Of a stretch of 14,674 nucleotides of DNA, positions 6,906-14,674 are shown piece after piece (position 1 is the stretch's first letter; every line of letters begins with the position of its first letter). The position numbers and the translations under genes were made by a program. The DNA is from Pseudobdellovibrionaceae bacterium (GTDB taxonomy: Bacteria; Bdellovibrionota; Bdellovibrionia; Bdellovibrionales; Bdellovibrionaceae): the NCBI GenBank assembly GCA_041288045.1, contig JBGGMM010000100.1:1-14674 (forward strand), read 5' to 3'. Under the pieces are notes generated by a model that was given only the letters and a program-made list of their open reading frames with translations, had not been told where the DNA came from and did no database searches.

Positions 6906-9900
6906 TCTTGACCTCCATCATTGTCTTTTCCAGTAACGTTCTGAGGTTGTAAGACAGTGACAGTGTGTTTACCTTTTAAAAAGTTCAATTTTCTTTGAAT
7001 CCAATCTTTCATATCCGCATTGCCAGCAGTTTTCAGAGCTGATTCATAAGCTGTGACAGCTTTCGCAGAATCAAATCTGTAAATTTCCTGAATGCGGCCG
7101 AGCTGCAGCCAGAGATCAGCAGGAGCTGTCGCGCTCTTCGCAGACTCTTCGGCAAATGCCACGGCTTTATCAAATTCACCTTTTTGCGCTTGGCATTCGC
7201 TCATCACTGGACCCAGGTTGTATTTGGCGACTGAACTTCGGTCGAGTTTTCCAAAATCCTCCATCACCGAGAAGCAGTCACCTTGAGCAAAGCTGACAAT
7301 TCCATGCATGAGGATTGTCTCTGGAGTTTTGATTCCCAGATCATGAGCCTTGATGAATGCCGCATTGGCATGGGCGAAATCTTCGGCCTGATAAAGGGCG
7401 CGGCCTTTTTGATAGAGCAAGAAAGGCACATCGGCTGATTTCTTCAGAGCCAAATCCACAAGCCAAGCGCTCTTTTCAAATTTACCCTGCATTTCAGCGA
7501 CGAGGCTCAAGTAGAAAGCGCCCAGAGCGGACTTTGGATCTTTTCGTGTGATCGCCATTGCCAATTTCTCTGTTTGATTGGCATTTTTGGTCAGAACGCA
7601 AGCGTTGGCCTTGCGTGAGAGCTGCAGAATATTGGCGGTCTTATCTGCATCCGTGTATCCACATTTGTCAGAGTTCGAAGCTTCGTAACGAGTGGCTTCC
7701 ATCAAAAGACCTTCTGACCCGAAAGCGGGGAGATAAACTTTCATTTGATCTTTCGAAAGGTTCTTCACTTGTGGCTTCACAGTCTCTTCCACTGGCAAGC
7801 TTGCAAAGTCGACTTCGACAGAGCCAGCAGCTTTGGATTCTTTCGCCAGCTTCTGCAGTTGTTTATCAGTGTCGACTTTCTTTTCAAGGATCGGTGTCAC
7901 CAGCTGAGTGAGCTGGGCTGCTAAAGCCTTTTTATCATCTGGAGTCAATGCGGCTTCATCTTTCAAATTCGGGTGGCCAACAGTGTCCACATAGTTGGTG
8001 TAGATTCTGTTGAGACCTTGCAGGGCCTGATGTTTGGTATTTGGATCTTTGGCGATCTTGGCAGCTGTCAGATAAGCCGTTTGAGCTTTGTCCAGTTTTT
8101 CGGTCTTGATGCTCAAGACCACTGCCAGTTTTTCAACTGTGGTTTTGGTTCTGGTTTCGACAAATTCTCTTTCTAAAACCTTGGCTTGAACCAGACGGGC
8201 GCGAGCGCGGATGTCGTCATCGGTTTTACCATCTTCGCCAACTAAGGCTTTTGCTGAATTGAAAGCTTCTGACTGCTTTCCAGAAGTCAAAAGGGCTTCC
8301 ACACGCTTCACGCGAATTTCGGAAGCATAAGGTTCATGGCCCATAGAAACAATTTTGTCTTCGATTTTTTTGTACTCAGCCGAAGACTCTTGGCCTTTCA
8401 TGGTGGTGAGAAGCTTGGCGTAGATCTTTCCATGGTTGGCTGTGTTCTTTTCGGTGAGCTGTTTTTTCAAAGACTCTTGAGCTTCTTTGGTTCTGCCTTC
8501 GATCAAATAGAGTTCGCTGGCAGCTTCAACATATTTTTCTTTGTCTTTTTCGGACACAGAGGCAATCTGTTGCATTGTCTCTGCTGCGGGTAGGATCAAA
8601 CCTGAATCCGCATAGTGTTTGGCAGCATCTTTCAATGCATCCAAAGAGCGCTTGTCATCAGGATAAGTCTTTGCGTACTGATGGGCGATTTCGGCTCCAT
8701 CGATCACTTTGCCATCGGCATAGTAAAGAGAGAGAGCCTGCCAGAGAGAATCTTTGGCAAGAGGAGAAGTCTTGTTCTCATTGTAGAAAGCCACCAAGCG
8801 TTCTGCTGCTTTGGTTTTCTCGCTGGATTTTGCATACTCTTGGATTTCGCTGTAATCGGCTTCACGGATGATTTTTCCAAGAGCGGCTTTACGAGTGTCA
8901 TCTTTGGTTTGGCCGGCGATTTGTTTTGAAAATTCTTTGATCGCTTTGAAATCTTTGCGGTCATTCAGAATGTCCAGGATCAAATCTTCAGATTTGCGTT
9001 TGAATTCACCGGCACCGGGATCAGCGGCCAATGGCGCCAGCCACTTTTCAGCTTCGCCATGATTGTTCTGTTCATAGGCGATGAAGCCGATTTTAAATTT
9101 CACCTGAGTGGCGTGTTCACCTTTTGGATAGCGCTGCAAATAGGTTTGGCAAAGACGAACCAGATCGCCTTCGTCTGTTGCTTCTTTTTTCTTGGCTGTG
9201 GCTTTTTCAAGAGCGACGATCGATGAATAAGTGGAATCATGAGCGATGGTTGTATCCACAGCTTTGGTTCCAGCGTATTCGTACTGATTGGAGGCTTTTC
9301 GATAATCTCCCAATTGGAAAAGAAGCTCAGCATAAGCATAGCGTGATTTTGCATCTGGTTTTTTAGGATCTTCGCGGTCCAAGTGAAGGCGGAAAGCCTC
9401 TTGAGTGTATTCGGCGATTTCACGAGCGGCTGTGGCATTTTTATTTTTCTGCCAGAGATCCCACCATTTTTTGGCCATGTCGACGTTGGCTTTGGCGAAA
9501 TCATAATCACATTCAGATTCAGCAATGTCTTTATTGGCATCTCTCCACTCAGAACCTTTTTTACAGATGGCAGCAGCAGCCACCAAGTGCTTCAAAGAAT
9601 CATGTCGGGCACGAGCAACTTCGTTGCCAGTGATCATCAGCATTTCCATCTTCACGCGAAAACGTGAAAGTGGCTGTTTTTTCATAAATTCAGTGAGGAA
9701 CACATTCATTTCTTTATGACGAGAGTGAGAGTCAAAGAGGCGACCCAGATTGTAGATGGCTTCACCCACTTCGTCCGGAGTCCCAATCCTCGAAAAGAAA
9801 GCATAAGCTTTATCAGCGGGCTGAGATTCACCGTAGAAAAGAGTCAGATCGCGCAAAGACTCAGCTCGTAGATTGTGGTTGACCAACTGTCCATCCTGAG

Positions 9901-10654
9901 TGGCAGGATCGTGGTATTTCACAACCTGGATCAGTTTTCTCATAGCATCTTCGTTCTGGCGAAGATTGTAAAGAGTCCAAGCGGATTTATAGAGACCGTA
10001 AGAGTAAACTCGAGATTTTGGATATTTTTCGATGGCTTTGAAATATTCCAGAGCATCTTTGAAGTTTTTATTTTCGTAGGCCATTTCGCCAAGTGCCAGA
10101 TAAGAGTCAGGCACAAGCGGTGAGCGTGGATGTTGAGTCACAACTTTGTAATAGAGAGCTTCCGCATTTTTTCCCATTTTCACTTGTTGGCTGGCGAAAG
10201 CATTGTTGAAAAGAACTCCATCCATTTCACGGAATTTTGGGAAATCTCTCTCAATTTTGGTGTAAACCTGAATCGCGCGCTTCAGAGAAGCTGCCGAAGA
10301 TTCACTTTTGATTTCAGGTGGAATGAATTTTACCGGACCGCTGCTGTCATTTCGGTGCAGATCAAAGAAACGTCCGGATTTGGCTCTTCGCATGTAGAGC
10401 TCAGCCAGTCGGTACCAAAGATCAGGTTCCATGCTGGAACCCTTTTTCTTTTTCAAAATTGCAATCAAAGATTGAATGGCTTGGTTTTCAGTTTTAGTGA
10501 TGAGCACTTCGCTTTGCAGAGCTTTTTTCTCGTTGACGTTTTCGTCTGTTCCATTGATTCGAAGCTCGGGCAATAGGCCCTTTTCACCTTTTTCAGCAGA
10601 AAAAGCGAGAGAAGGGATCAGCAGAAGTGTCAAAATCAGTAGGCTTCGATTCAT
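6902..10654 (-). CDS. gltD: GltD/AgmU-like large periplasmic TPR protein (possible GltD-GltE fusion)
   Basis: 1250 aa with signal peptide 'MNRSLLILTLLLIPSLAFS'. Dense TPRs include 'DLWYRLAELY', 'PRSPLVPDSYLALGEMAY', 'YGLYKSAWTLYNL' and 'LRAESLRDL'. It lies between the motor genes and gltF-gltG. Confidence 0.75.
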   Translation of the reverse strand: MNRSLLILTLLLIPSLAFSAEKGEKGLLPELRINGTDENVNEKKALQSEVLITKTENQAIQSLIAILKKKKGSSMEPDLWYRLAELYMRRAKSGRFFDLHRNDSSGPVKFIPPEIKSESSAASLKRAIQVYTKIERDFPKFREMDGVLFNNAFASQQVKMGKNAEALYYKVVTQHPRSPLVPDSYLALGEMAYENKNFKDALEYFKAIEKYPKSRVYSYGLYKSAWTLYNLRQNEDAMRKLIQVVKYHDPATQDGQLVNHNLRAESLRDLTLFYGESQPADKAYAFFSRIGTPDEVGEAIYNLGRLFDSHSRHKEMNVFLTEFMKKQPLSRFRVKMEMLMITGNEVARARHDSLKHLVAAAAICKKGSEWRDANKDIAESECDYDFAKANVDMAKKWWDLWQKNKNATAAREIAEYTQEAFRLHLDREDPKKPDAKSRYAYAELLFQLGDYRKASNQYEYAGTKAVDTTIAHDSTYSSIVALEKATAKKKEATDEGDLVRLCQTYLQRYPKGEHATQVKFKIGFIAYEQNNHGEAEKWLAPLAADPGAGEFKRKSEDLILDILNDRKDFKAIKEFSKQIAGQTKDDTRKAALGKIIREADYSEIQEYAKSSEKTKAAERLVAFYNENKTSPLAKDSLWQALSLYYADGKVIDGAEIAHQYAKTYPDDKRSLDALKDAAKHYADSGLILPAAETMQQIASVSEKDKEKYVEAASELYLIEGRTKEAQESLKKQLTEKNTANHGKIYAKLLTTMKGQESSAEYKKIEDKIVSMGHEPYASEIRVKRVEALLTSGKQSEAFNSAKALVGEDGKTDDDIRARARLVQAKVLEREFVETRTKTTVEKLAVVLSIKTEKLDKAQTAYLTAAKIAKDPNTKHQALQGLNRIYTNYVDTVGHPNLKDEAALTPDDKKALAAQLTQLVTPILEKKVDTDKQLQKLAKESKAAGSVEVDFASLPVEETVKPQVKNLSKDQMKVYLPAFGSEGLLMEATRYEASNSDKCGYTDADKTANILQLSRKANACVLTKNANQTEKLAMAITRKDPKSALGAFYLSLVAEMQGKFEKSAWLVDLALKKSADVPFLLYQKGRALYQAEDFAHANAAFIKAHDLGIKTPETILMHGIVSFAQGDCFSVMEDFGKLDRSSVAKYNLGPVMSECQAQKGEFDKAVAFAEESAKSATAPADLWLQLGRIQEIYRFDSAKAVTAYESALKTAGNADMKDWIQRKLNFLKGKHTVTVLQPQNVTGKDNDGGQE

Positions 10655-10677
10655 AAATTACCTCACGTTTGCAAAAG

Positions 10678-11265
10678 CTAGTTGCCGACGACTGTCGCCA
10701 TCTTCATTTTCGGAAATCCCGCCATTGAAGCTGTGTACATCACCTTTCTTAAAACACCGTAGGAGAGATTCTGATCTGCTTTGACGATGATCTTTCCGTC
10801 CAAAATACCGGGATTGGGTTTTCCAGCAGGGATCAGATTGCCATGGGCATCTTTGATCATTTCTGGAGTGCCCGCAGCCAAATTGGCTTGGTACTTGGCA
10901 TCTCTTTCCTTTTCCTCTTTGGCGGCTTTTTCAAGAGCTGCAAAAAGAGGTTTGATAAAATTGGTGTCGTTGGGGTCAATGTCACCGCGAGTGAAATCAT
11001 CAGACTGCAAGGAAGCAATGACACGGTCTTCGATTTTCAACTGTGTGCGGGTCACTGAAATTTGCAATGCCATGACAGGATTGGCTTCTGAATTCGAAGT
11101 CGGAAGAGCCTGATCCTTATCTGGAATCACCTGAACTTCAGAAGTTGTATAAGTCTGAAGTAGGAACACCAGCATAATCGTGAACATGTCCGTCATTGAA
11201 GTGACGTTCAATGCGAAAGTCGAATTGTGATTGCCTTTAAGTTCAAATCTTTTTCTTCTGCTCAT
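10678..11265 (-). CDS. aglS: ExbD/TolR-family motor subunit (AglS-like), conserved Asp present
   Basis: TM 'LNVTSMTDMFTIMLVFLLQ' with Asp26 (GAC 11190-11188). C-terminal ExbD motif 'IIVKADQNLSYGVLRKVMYTASMAGF'. Confidence 0.8.
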   Translation of the reverse strand: MSRRKRFELKGNHNSTFALNVTSMTDMFTIMLVFLLQTYTTSEVQVIPDKDQALPTSNSEANPVMALQISVTRTQLKIEDRVIASLQSDDFTRGDIDPNDTNFIKPLFAALEKAAKEEKERDAKYQANLAAGTPEMIKDAHGNLIPAGKPNPGILDGKIIVKADQNLSYGVLRKVMYTASMAGFPKMKMATVVGN

Positions 11266-11268
11266 ATA

Positions 11269-11811
11269 TCACCCGTCGAAAATATTTGTGAAAACAACGT
11301 CAGGGAACATATAGTCTGTTTTGACGGTTTTGTTTTCTTTGGCGTCGTACACTGGGAAAGTCACTGTTTTATCTCGGCTGCGTCGAGCTTCATCCGTCAT
11401 TCGAACGACATCCTTGTAAGGAACATTCGAATCCGGAGTGAGCTCGATTTTGAAAACTTCGGGGTTCTCACCCTTGATTCTCTGCAAAGTCTTGTGCAGA
11501 GTTTGATAATCGAAGTTTCCCTCTTTCATCGGAACTGTTTCTGTCTTCTGAGCTCCGCCTTTTGCAATGATCACTTGGATGCCGTCTTTGGTTGAAGCTC
11601 GGATCTGAATGTTGGTGGTGGGTTTTTGCTCTTGCTGTTGAATTGCTTCTTTCACAGCTTGGGGCAAATCCGTTTCCACTGTCATCACTTGCACGAAAGC
11701 AGAAGAGACCAGAAGAACGGGGACGAGCTTGACCATGACCGCCAACAGGGGCGCCAGGTCCAGTTCGAACTCGTAGGGATTCAGAGTTTTGATTCTTCTT
11801 AGTTTTCTCAT
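11269..11811 (-). CDS. ExbD/TolR-family motor subunit (AglQ position), TM Asp replaced by Ala
   Basis: TM 'ELDLAPLLAVMVKLVPVLLVSSAF' and a C-terminal ExbD-like 'IELTPDSNVPYKDVVRMTDEAR'. Lies directly after the TolQ/ExbB gene. Confidence 0.8.
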   Translation of the reverse strand: MRKLRRIKTLNPYEFELDLAPLLAVMVKLVPVLLVSSAFVQVMTVETDLPQAVKEAIQQQEQKPTTNIQIRASTKDGIQVIIAKGGAQKTETVPMKEGNFDYQTLHKTLQRIKGENPEVFKIELTPDSNVPYKDVVRMTDEARRSRDKTVTFPVYDAKENKTVKTDYMFPDVVFTNIFDG

Positions 11812-11851
11812 ATCGTATCCTCTTCAAAATTCATCTGATCTCAGTCAACAA

Positions 11852-12568
11852 TTAAGACGCACGGTTGTTTGTTGGTGGCGCCTTTGTTGTCATTGAGTCT
11901 TTTTTGATTGAATCTGGATAAATTGCGTTCTTTGACAGTGATGGAACATGTGATCCAGTCAAAAGCTCTGTCAGCTTTCCACATTTTTCCTGAAGCTGCT
12001 CAACCAGAACATTTTGGCGAGAAACCAGGAACGAGTAGAAAACCATGAGCGGAATCGCAACAGCCAGACCCAAAGCCGTGGTGTACATCGAAATCGAAAT
12101 ACCGTTAGCAAGCAAAGTCTGCTTCATCGCAGGATCTGCAGTCGCAACCGCTTGGAAGGAAAGGATCAGACCGTGGATGGTACCCAAAAGACCCATCAAA
12201 GTCGCAACGTTGGCAAGCATTGAGAGATAGTGCAATCGGCGAGTGAACATCGGAACTGTCTCAGCCATTGAAATATCGTGGGCTTGGAAAATCGCATCGT
12301 CTTCGCGATCGGCTTTTTCCAAGATGTTTTTGAAAGCTTGAGCCAGAGGCTTTGTGGTCAATTGCGAGCAAAGAACCAAAGCTTCATCTGTTTTGCGAGC
12401 CAGAACCAAGGTTTGCACTTTGGTCATGAATTCTTCGGTGTTCATTCCGTAACGGAAATAAAGAACCATCGCTCTTTCGGCAACGAGAGCCAAAGAGGCG
12501 AGACCCATAAACATAATGCACCATCCGATAAAACCTGAAGCATTGAGAAATTCGATTAAGCTACCCAT
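11852..12568 (-). CDS. aglR: MotA/TolQ/ExbB proton-channel family protein (AglR-like)
   Basis: TM1 near the N-terminus, then TM2 'LANVATLMGLLGTIHGLILSF' and TM3 'GISISMYTTALGLAVAIP'. Followed by two ExbD genes, matching the aglRQS arrangement. Confidence 0.85.
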   Translation of the reverse strand: MGSLIEFLNASGFIGWCIMFMGLASLALVAERAMVLYFRYGMNTEEFMTKVQTLVLARKTDEALVLCSQLTTKPLAQAFKNILEKADREDDAIFQAHDISMAETVPMFTRRLHYLSMLANVATLMGLLGTIHGLILSFQAVATADPAMKQTLLANGISISMYTTALGLAVAIPLMVFYSFLVSRQNVLVEQLQEKCGKLTELLTGSHVPSLSKNAIYPDSIKKDSMTTKAPPTNNRAS

Positions 12569-12583
12569 GATGTATACTCCTTC

Positions 12584-13171
12584 TTATTTGTTTTCTTTCT
12601 TAAATTCTTGAATCCAATTTTGAATCTGATCGTCACCCGTTTCCGACTTGGCCATGAACTTCACTGCATAGTGAATTCCGGTGTCGTGCTGGATGCGGGA
12701 TTTCACCAAGCGCTTGGTGAGAATCTGAGCCGTGCAATTGAAAGCCACGTCTTTGTCGTTTCTTGAGCGAAAGTGAATGTGGACGATGTGGCCGGGGAGC
12801 AGAACTGGATTCTTCATCAGAACCAAAGCGCCACCTTCGCTTAAATTTTCCACAGTTCCTTCCCACAAAGTCTGCTGGTCATTCACATAAACCGGAAGTT
12901 TGCAGTAAACCCGCTCATGCTCCCGCCGTGAGAAAACCTGTTCGGATTTGTTCTTATCAGCCAACTGAGCCAGCCGACCGGCTGAGAACTCTTCAATGTC
13001 CGCAAGCGGAGTCCAAGCTTCCATGTGCGGAGCCCAAACATAATCGAATCCGAAAACCAGGCTGGATTGCATCATGCGAATCATTTCTTCATAAGTGTAA
13101 GGCCCGTACTGAGTCTCACCTTTGAGAACATGCCATTCGTTGCTTGTTTGTACTTCAATTGCCAAACTCAT
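12584..13171 (-). CDS. Cytoplasmic GYF_2 (DUF4339)-PilZ fusion protein
   Basis: aa ~12-62 'EWHVLKGETQYGPYTYEEM...DYVWAPHMEAWTPLADIEEF' fits the GYF_2 pattern (W..GP....L....VW..M..W). aa ~82-175 is PilZ with R83xxxR87 ('REHER') and N109xSxGG ('NLSEGG'). No signal peptide or TM. Confidence 0.85.
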   Translation of the reverse strand: MSLAIEVQTSNEWHVLKGETQYGPYTYEEMIRMMQSSLVFGFDYVWAPHMEAWTPLADIEEFSAGRLAQLADKNKSEQVFSRREHERVYCKLPVYVNDQQTLWEGTVENLSEGGALVLMKNPVLLPGHIVHIHFRSRNDKDVAFNCTAQILTKRLVKSRIQHDTGIHYAVKFMAKSETGDDQIQNWIQEFKKENK

Positions 13172-13180
13172 ATCGACCTC

Positions 13181-14398
13181 TTAGTTTGATGCTCGTACTG
13201 GTGTGAAAAGAATCTGAACTTTGTCACCATCATTTGGAACTGCACTCGGAGCGAATGTGATTTCCCAAGTGGCTGCATTGTAAGTCCAACCGTCCGTTGC
13301 CGAGTTAGGGATTTCAACATCGTTCACAATCACTTTGATCGTTTCAACCAAAGGTTCTCGATTCAATTTAAACACAGCACTCAGTTGCATTGCTTTTGCA
13401 GCAATTACTTCTAACGACTGACCAAAGTCGGCACAAAGAGAAGTCTTCGCTCCGCCTGTGGCATCGGCCAGCTGCATGTATCGGCGGCCCAAACGGATTC
13501 CTGCGAAAACGGGCTCGTTCAGTTGAGTGCGGCAAGCTGTATCCAGAACTCCGATCATATGAACATTGTAATTTCCAGCTCCGGCCACTCCATCCAAAAG
13601 AGTTTTGTAGGAGTCAATCGTGTCCAAGCGGCTGTCTTTATATAAATTGTAGAGATCCGTGCTTGTTGATGAAAAGGGCAGGACCAAAGGATCTTCAGCG
13701 GGATCATTACTAGGAGCTTCGGAGCGGTAAGCGCCAGCCACATTCGAAGAAGTGTTCACAGAAAAGTCATCTTCGTCGCTGACGATGATCACTGCTAGAG
13801 AAGCATCGGCACGTCGGAAATTGCTGTTGGCGGGATCATTGAAAAAGGCTTTCAGACTTGCAAAAGGACGCTCGTCCCCAGTTCCACAAATGCCTTGAGT
13901 GGCATTGGTCAAAAAGACTTGAGCGATATTCGGAGTCAAAGCATCCATCACAGAAATTGTGCTATCAGTTAATTTAGCGATTGGATTCAAAAGGCTTCCG
14001 CTGCAATTATTGAAATTGGTGCTTGTATCCTGATTGGTATAAAACTTGAGGGCACCAGTTCGGGCTCCTGAAAGAAGAGCTTTGGTTGTGGCATTGGATT
14101 GATAAGCCGCTCTCCAAGCATCAGAGCCAATCACAGCCATATGATAGTCATAACCTTTTTGCTGAAATCCATTGATAAAGCTTTGGAAATTGGCTGTCAG
14201 ATTTTCCTGAGAAGACTTCATCGAGCCTGAGTTGTCGATCACCCATAAAATATCAATTGGTTTTGGGACATAGGTGGCCGACTGTTGAAAGCTCGAGCCT
14301 GAATCAAGCAGTGAAAACGAGCGGTCCGTTTTTTCACAAGCGGTCGTCGCCACTGCTGCGGCACCGAACATTGCGATCATTAGCTTGTTTGTTTTCAT
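13181..14398 (-). CDS. cglB: CglB-like vWA-domain lipoprotein (putative surface adhesin)
   Basis: Lipoprotein-type signal 'MKTNKLMIAMFGAAAVATTA-C', MIDAS DxSxS 'DILWVIDNSGS', later 'VIIVSDEDD', and a small C-terminal beta domain. About 405 aa, similar in size to CglB, and first gene of an agl-glt operon. Start moved to ATG14398 (GGAGG at 14407-14411, 8-nt spacing). Orthology to CglB is inferred. Confidence 0.65.
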   Translation of the reverse strand: MKTNKLMIAMFGAAAVATTACEKTDRSFSLLDSGSSFQQSATYVPKPIDILWVIDNSGSMKSSQENLTANFQSFINGFQQKGYDYHMAVIGSDAWRAAYQSNATTKALLSGARTGALKFYTNQDTSTNFNNCSGSLLNPIAKLTDSTISVMDALTPNIAQVFLTNATQGICGTGDERPFASLKAFFNDPANSNFRRADASLAVIIVSDEDDFSVNTSSNVAGAYRSEAPSNDPAEDPLVLPFSSTSTDLYNLYKDSRLDTIDSYKTLLDGVAGAGNYNVHMIGVLDTACRTQLNEPVFAGIRLGRRYMQLADATGGAKTSLCADFGQSLEVIAAKAMQLSAVFKLNREPLVETIKVIVNDVEIPNSATDGWTYNAATWEITFAPSAVPNDGDKVQILFTPVRASN

Positions 14399-14404
14399 AC
14401 TCAC

Positions 14405-14674
14405 TGCCTCCAGTTAGAGAAGCGCCATAATTGTTGTGCGTTTCTTCAATCAGTTTACTGCCGATATTTGTGGTTCGGAAATTTGAGCTAAATAGTTAAT
14501 AGAACTTGTGAAAAGATGTGGAAAACTTTTTGAGAAGTTAGCTAAGTATTTGGATCAATTGGGAATTGAAAGATCAAAGGAGATTTCAAATATATTTTAG
14601 ACGCAAAAAGTTTCGTCACTCCCTTGAACTTTTCAAAACATTTTTCTGGAAGTGGGAAGAGAGTTCGATTTTGT
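14405..14674 (-). promoter_or_regulatory. AT-rich non-coding upstream region expected to hold the operon promoter
   Basis: No ORF of 60 aa or more, visibly more AT-rich than the coding regions, and ends in the RBS GGAGG at 14407-14411. No promoter boxes could be assigned with confidence. Confidence 0.5.

Noticed and set aside
10678..12568. Interpretation as an ordinary Tol-Pal or TonB-ExbBD uptake locus
   Set aside because: There is no TolB, Pal or TonB-dependent receptor. Two ExbD paralogues plus GltD/F/G/C-like and barrel genes fit Agl-Glt better.
1652..13743. Many plus-strand and alternate-frame ORFs of 60-199 aa (e.g. 5805-6404, 10130-10576, 9100-9540)
   Set aside because: All are fully overlapped by well-supported minus-strand genes and show no motifs or RBS. 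They are typical antisense shadows.
14417..14446. Imperfect hairpin AGAAGCGC...GCGTTTCT just upstream of the operon RBS, considered as a c-di-GMP riboswitch
   Set aside because: The stem is weak and contains a mismatch on the transcribed strand. I could not find GEMM-type conserved motifs; an Infernal search would be needed to revive it.
14440..14468. GCCGATA resembling a sigma28 (FliA) -10 box
   Set aside because: It is on the plus strand, pointing away from the operon, and has no correctly spaced TAAA-like -35 element.
1..14674. CRISPR array, tRNA/rRNA genes, tnpB or prophage genes
   Set aside because: No regularly spaced direct repeats, tRNA signatures or corresponding ORFs were seen.

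Overview
Most of the window (1433-14398, minus strand) is one tightly packed 11-gene operon encoding an Agl-Glt-type (myxobacterial/Bdellovibrio adventurous gliding) trans-envelope machine. In transcription order it contains: a CglB-like vWA lipoprotein, a GYF_2-PilZ fusion, an AglR/TolQ-like motor subunit, two ExbD/TolR-like subunits, a large GltD-like TPR protein (possibly a GltD-GltE fusion), GltF/CglF, GltG (degenerate FHA-TM-TonB_C-like), one GltA/B-family outer-membrane beta-barrel, a GltC-like TPR protein and an unknown secreted coiled-coil protein. Gene content suggests a Bdellovibrionota host (inference). The left end has a YkgJ/CxxCxxCC gene with its own likely sigma70 promoter. Convergent with it is a stand-alone HuH Y1 transposase (IS200 TnpA/RAYT-like) preceded by a perfect 19-bp inverted repeat. 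The most unusual observations are three. First, a c-di-GMP-type PilZ domain fused to a GYF domain is embedded between the adhesin and motor genes. Second, one of the two ExbD-like subunits lacks the proton-conducting Asp. Third, a long-range inverted repeat pairs the transposase start-codon region with an in-frame insert inside its own CDS. All family calls come from motif recognition by eye; no searches were run.
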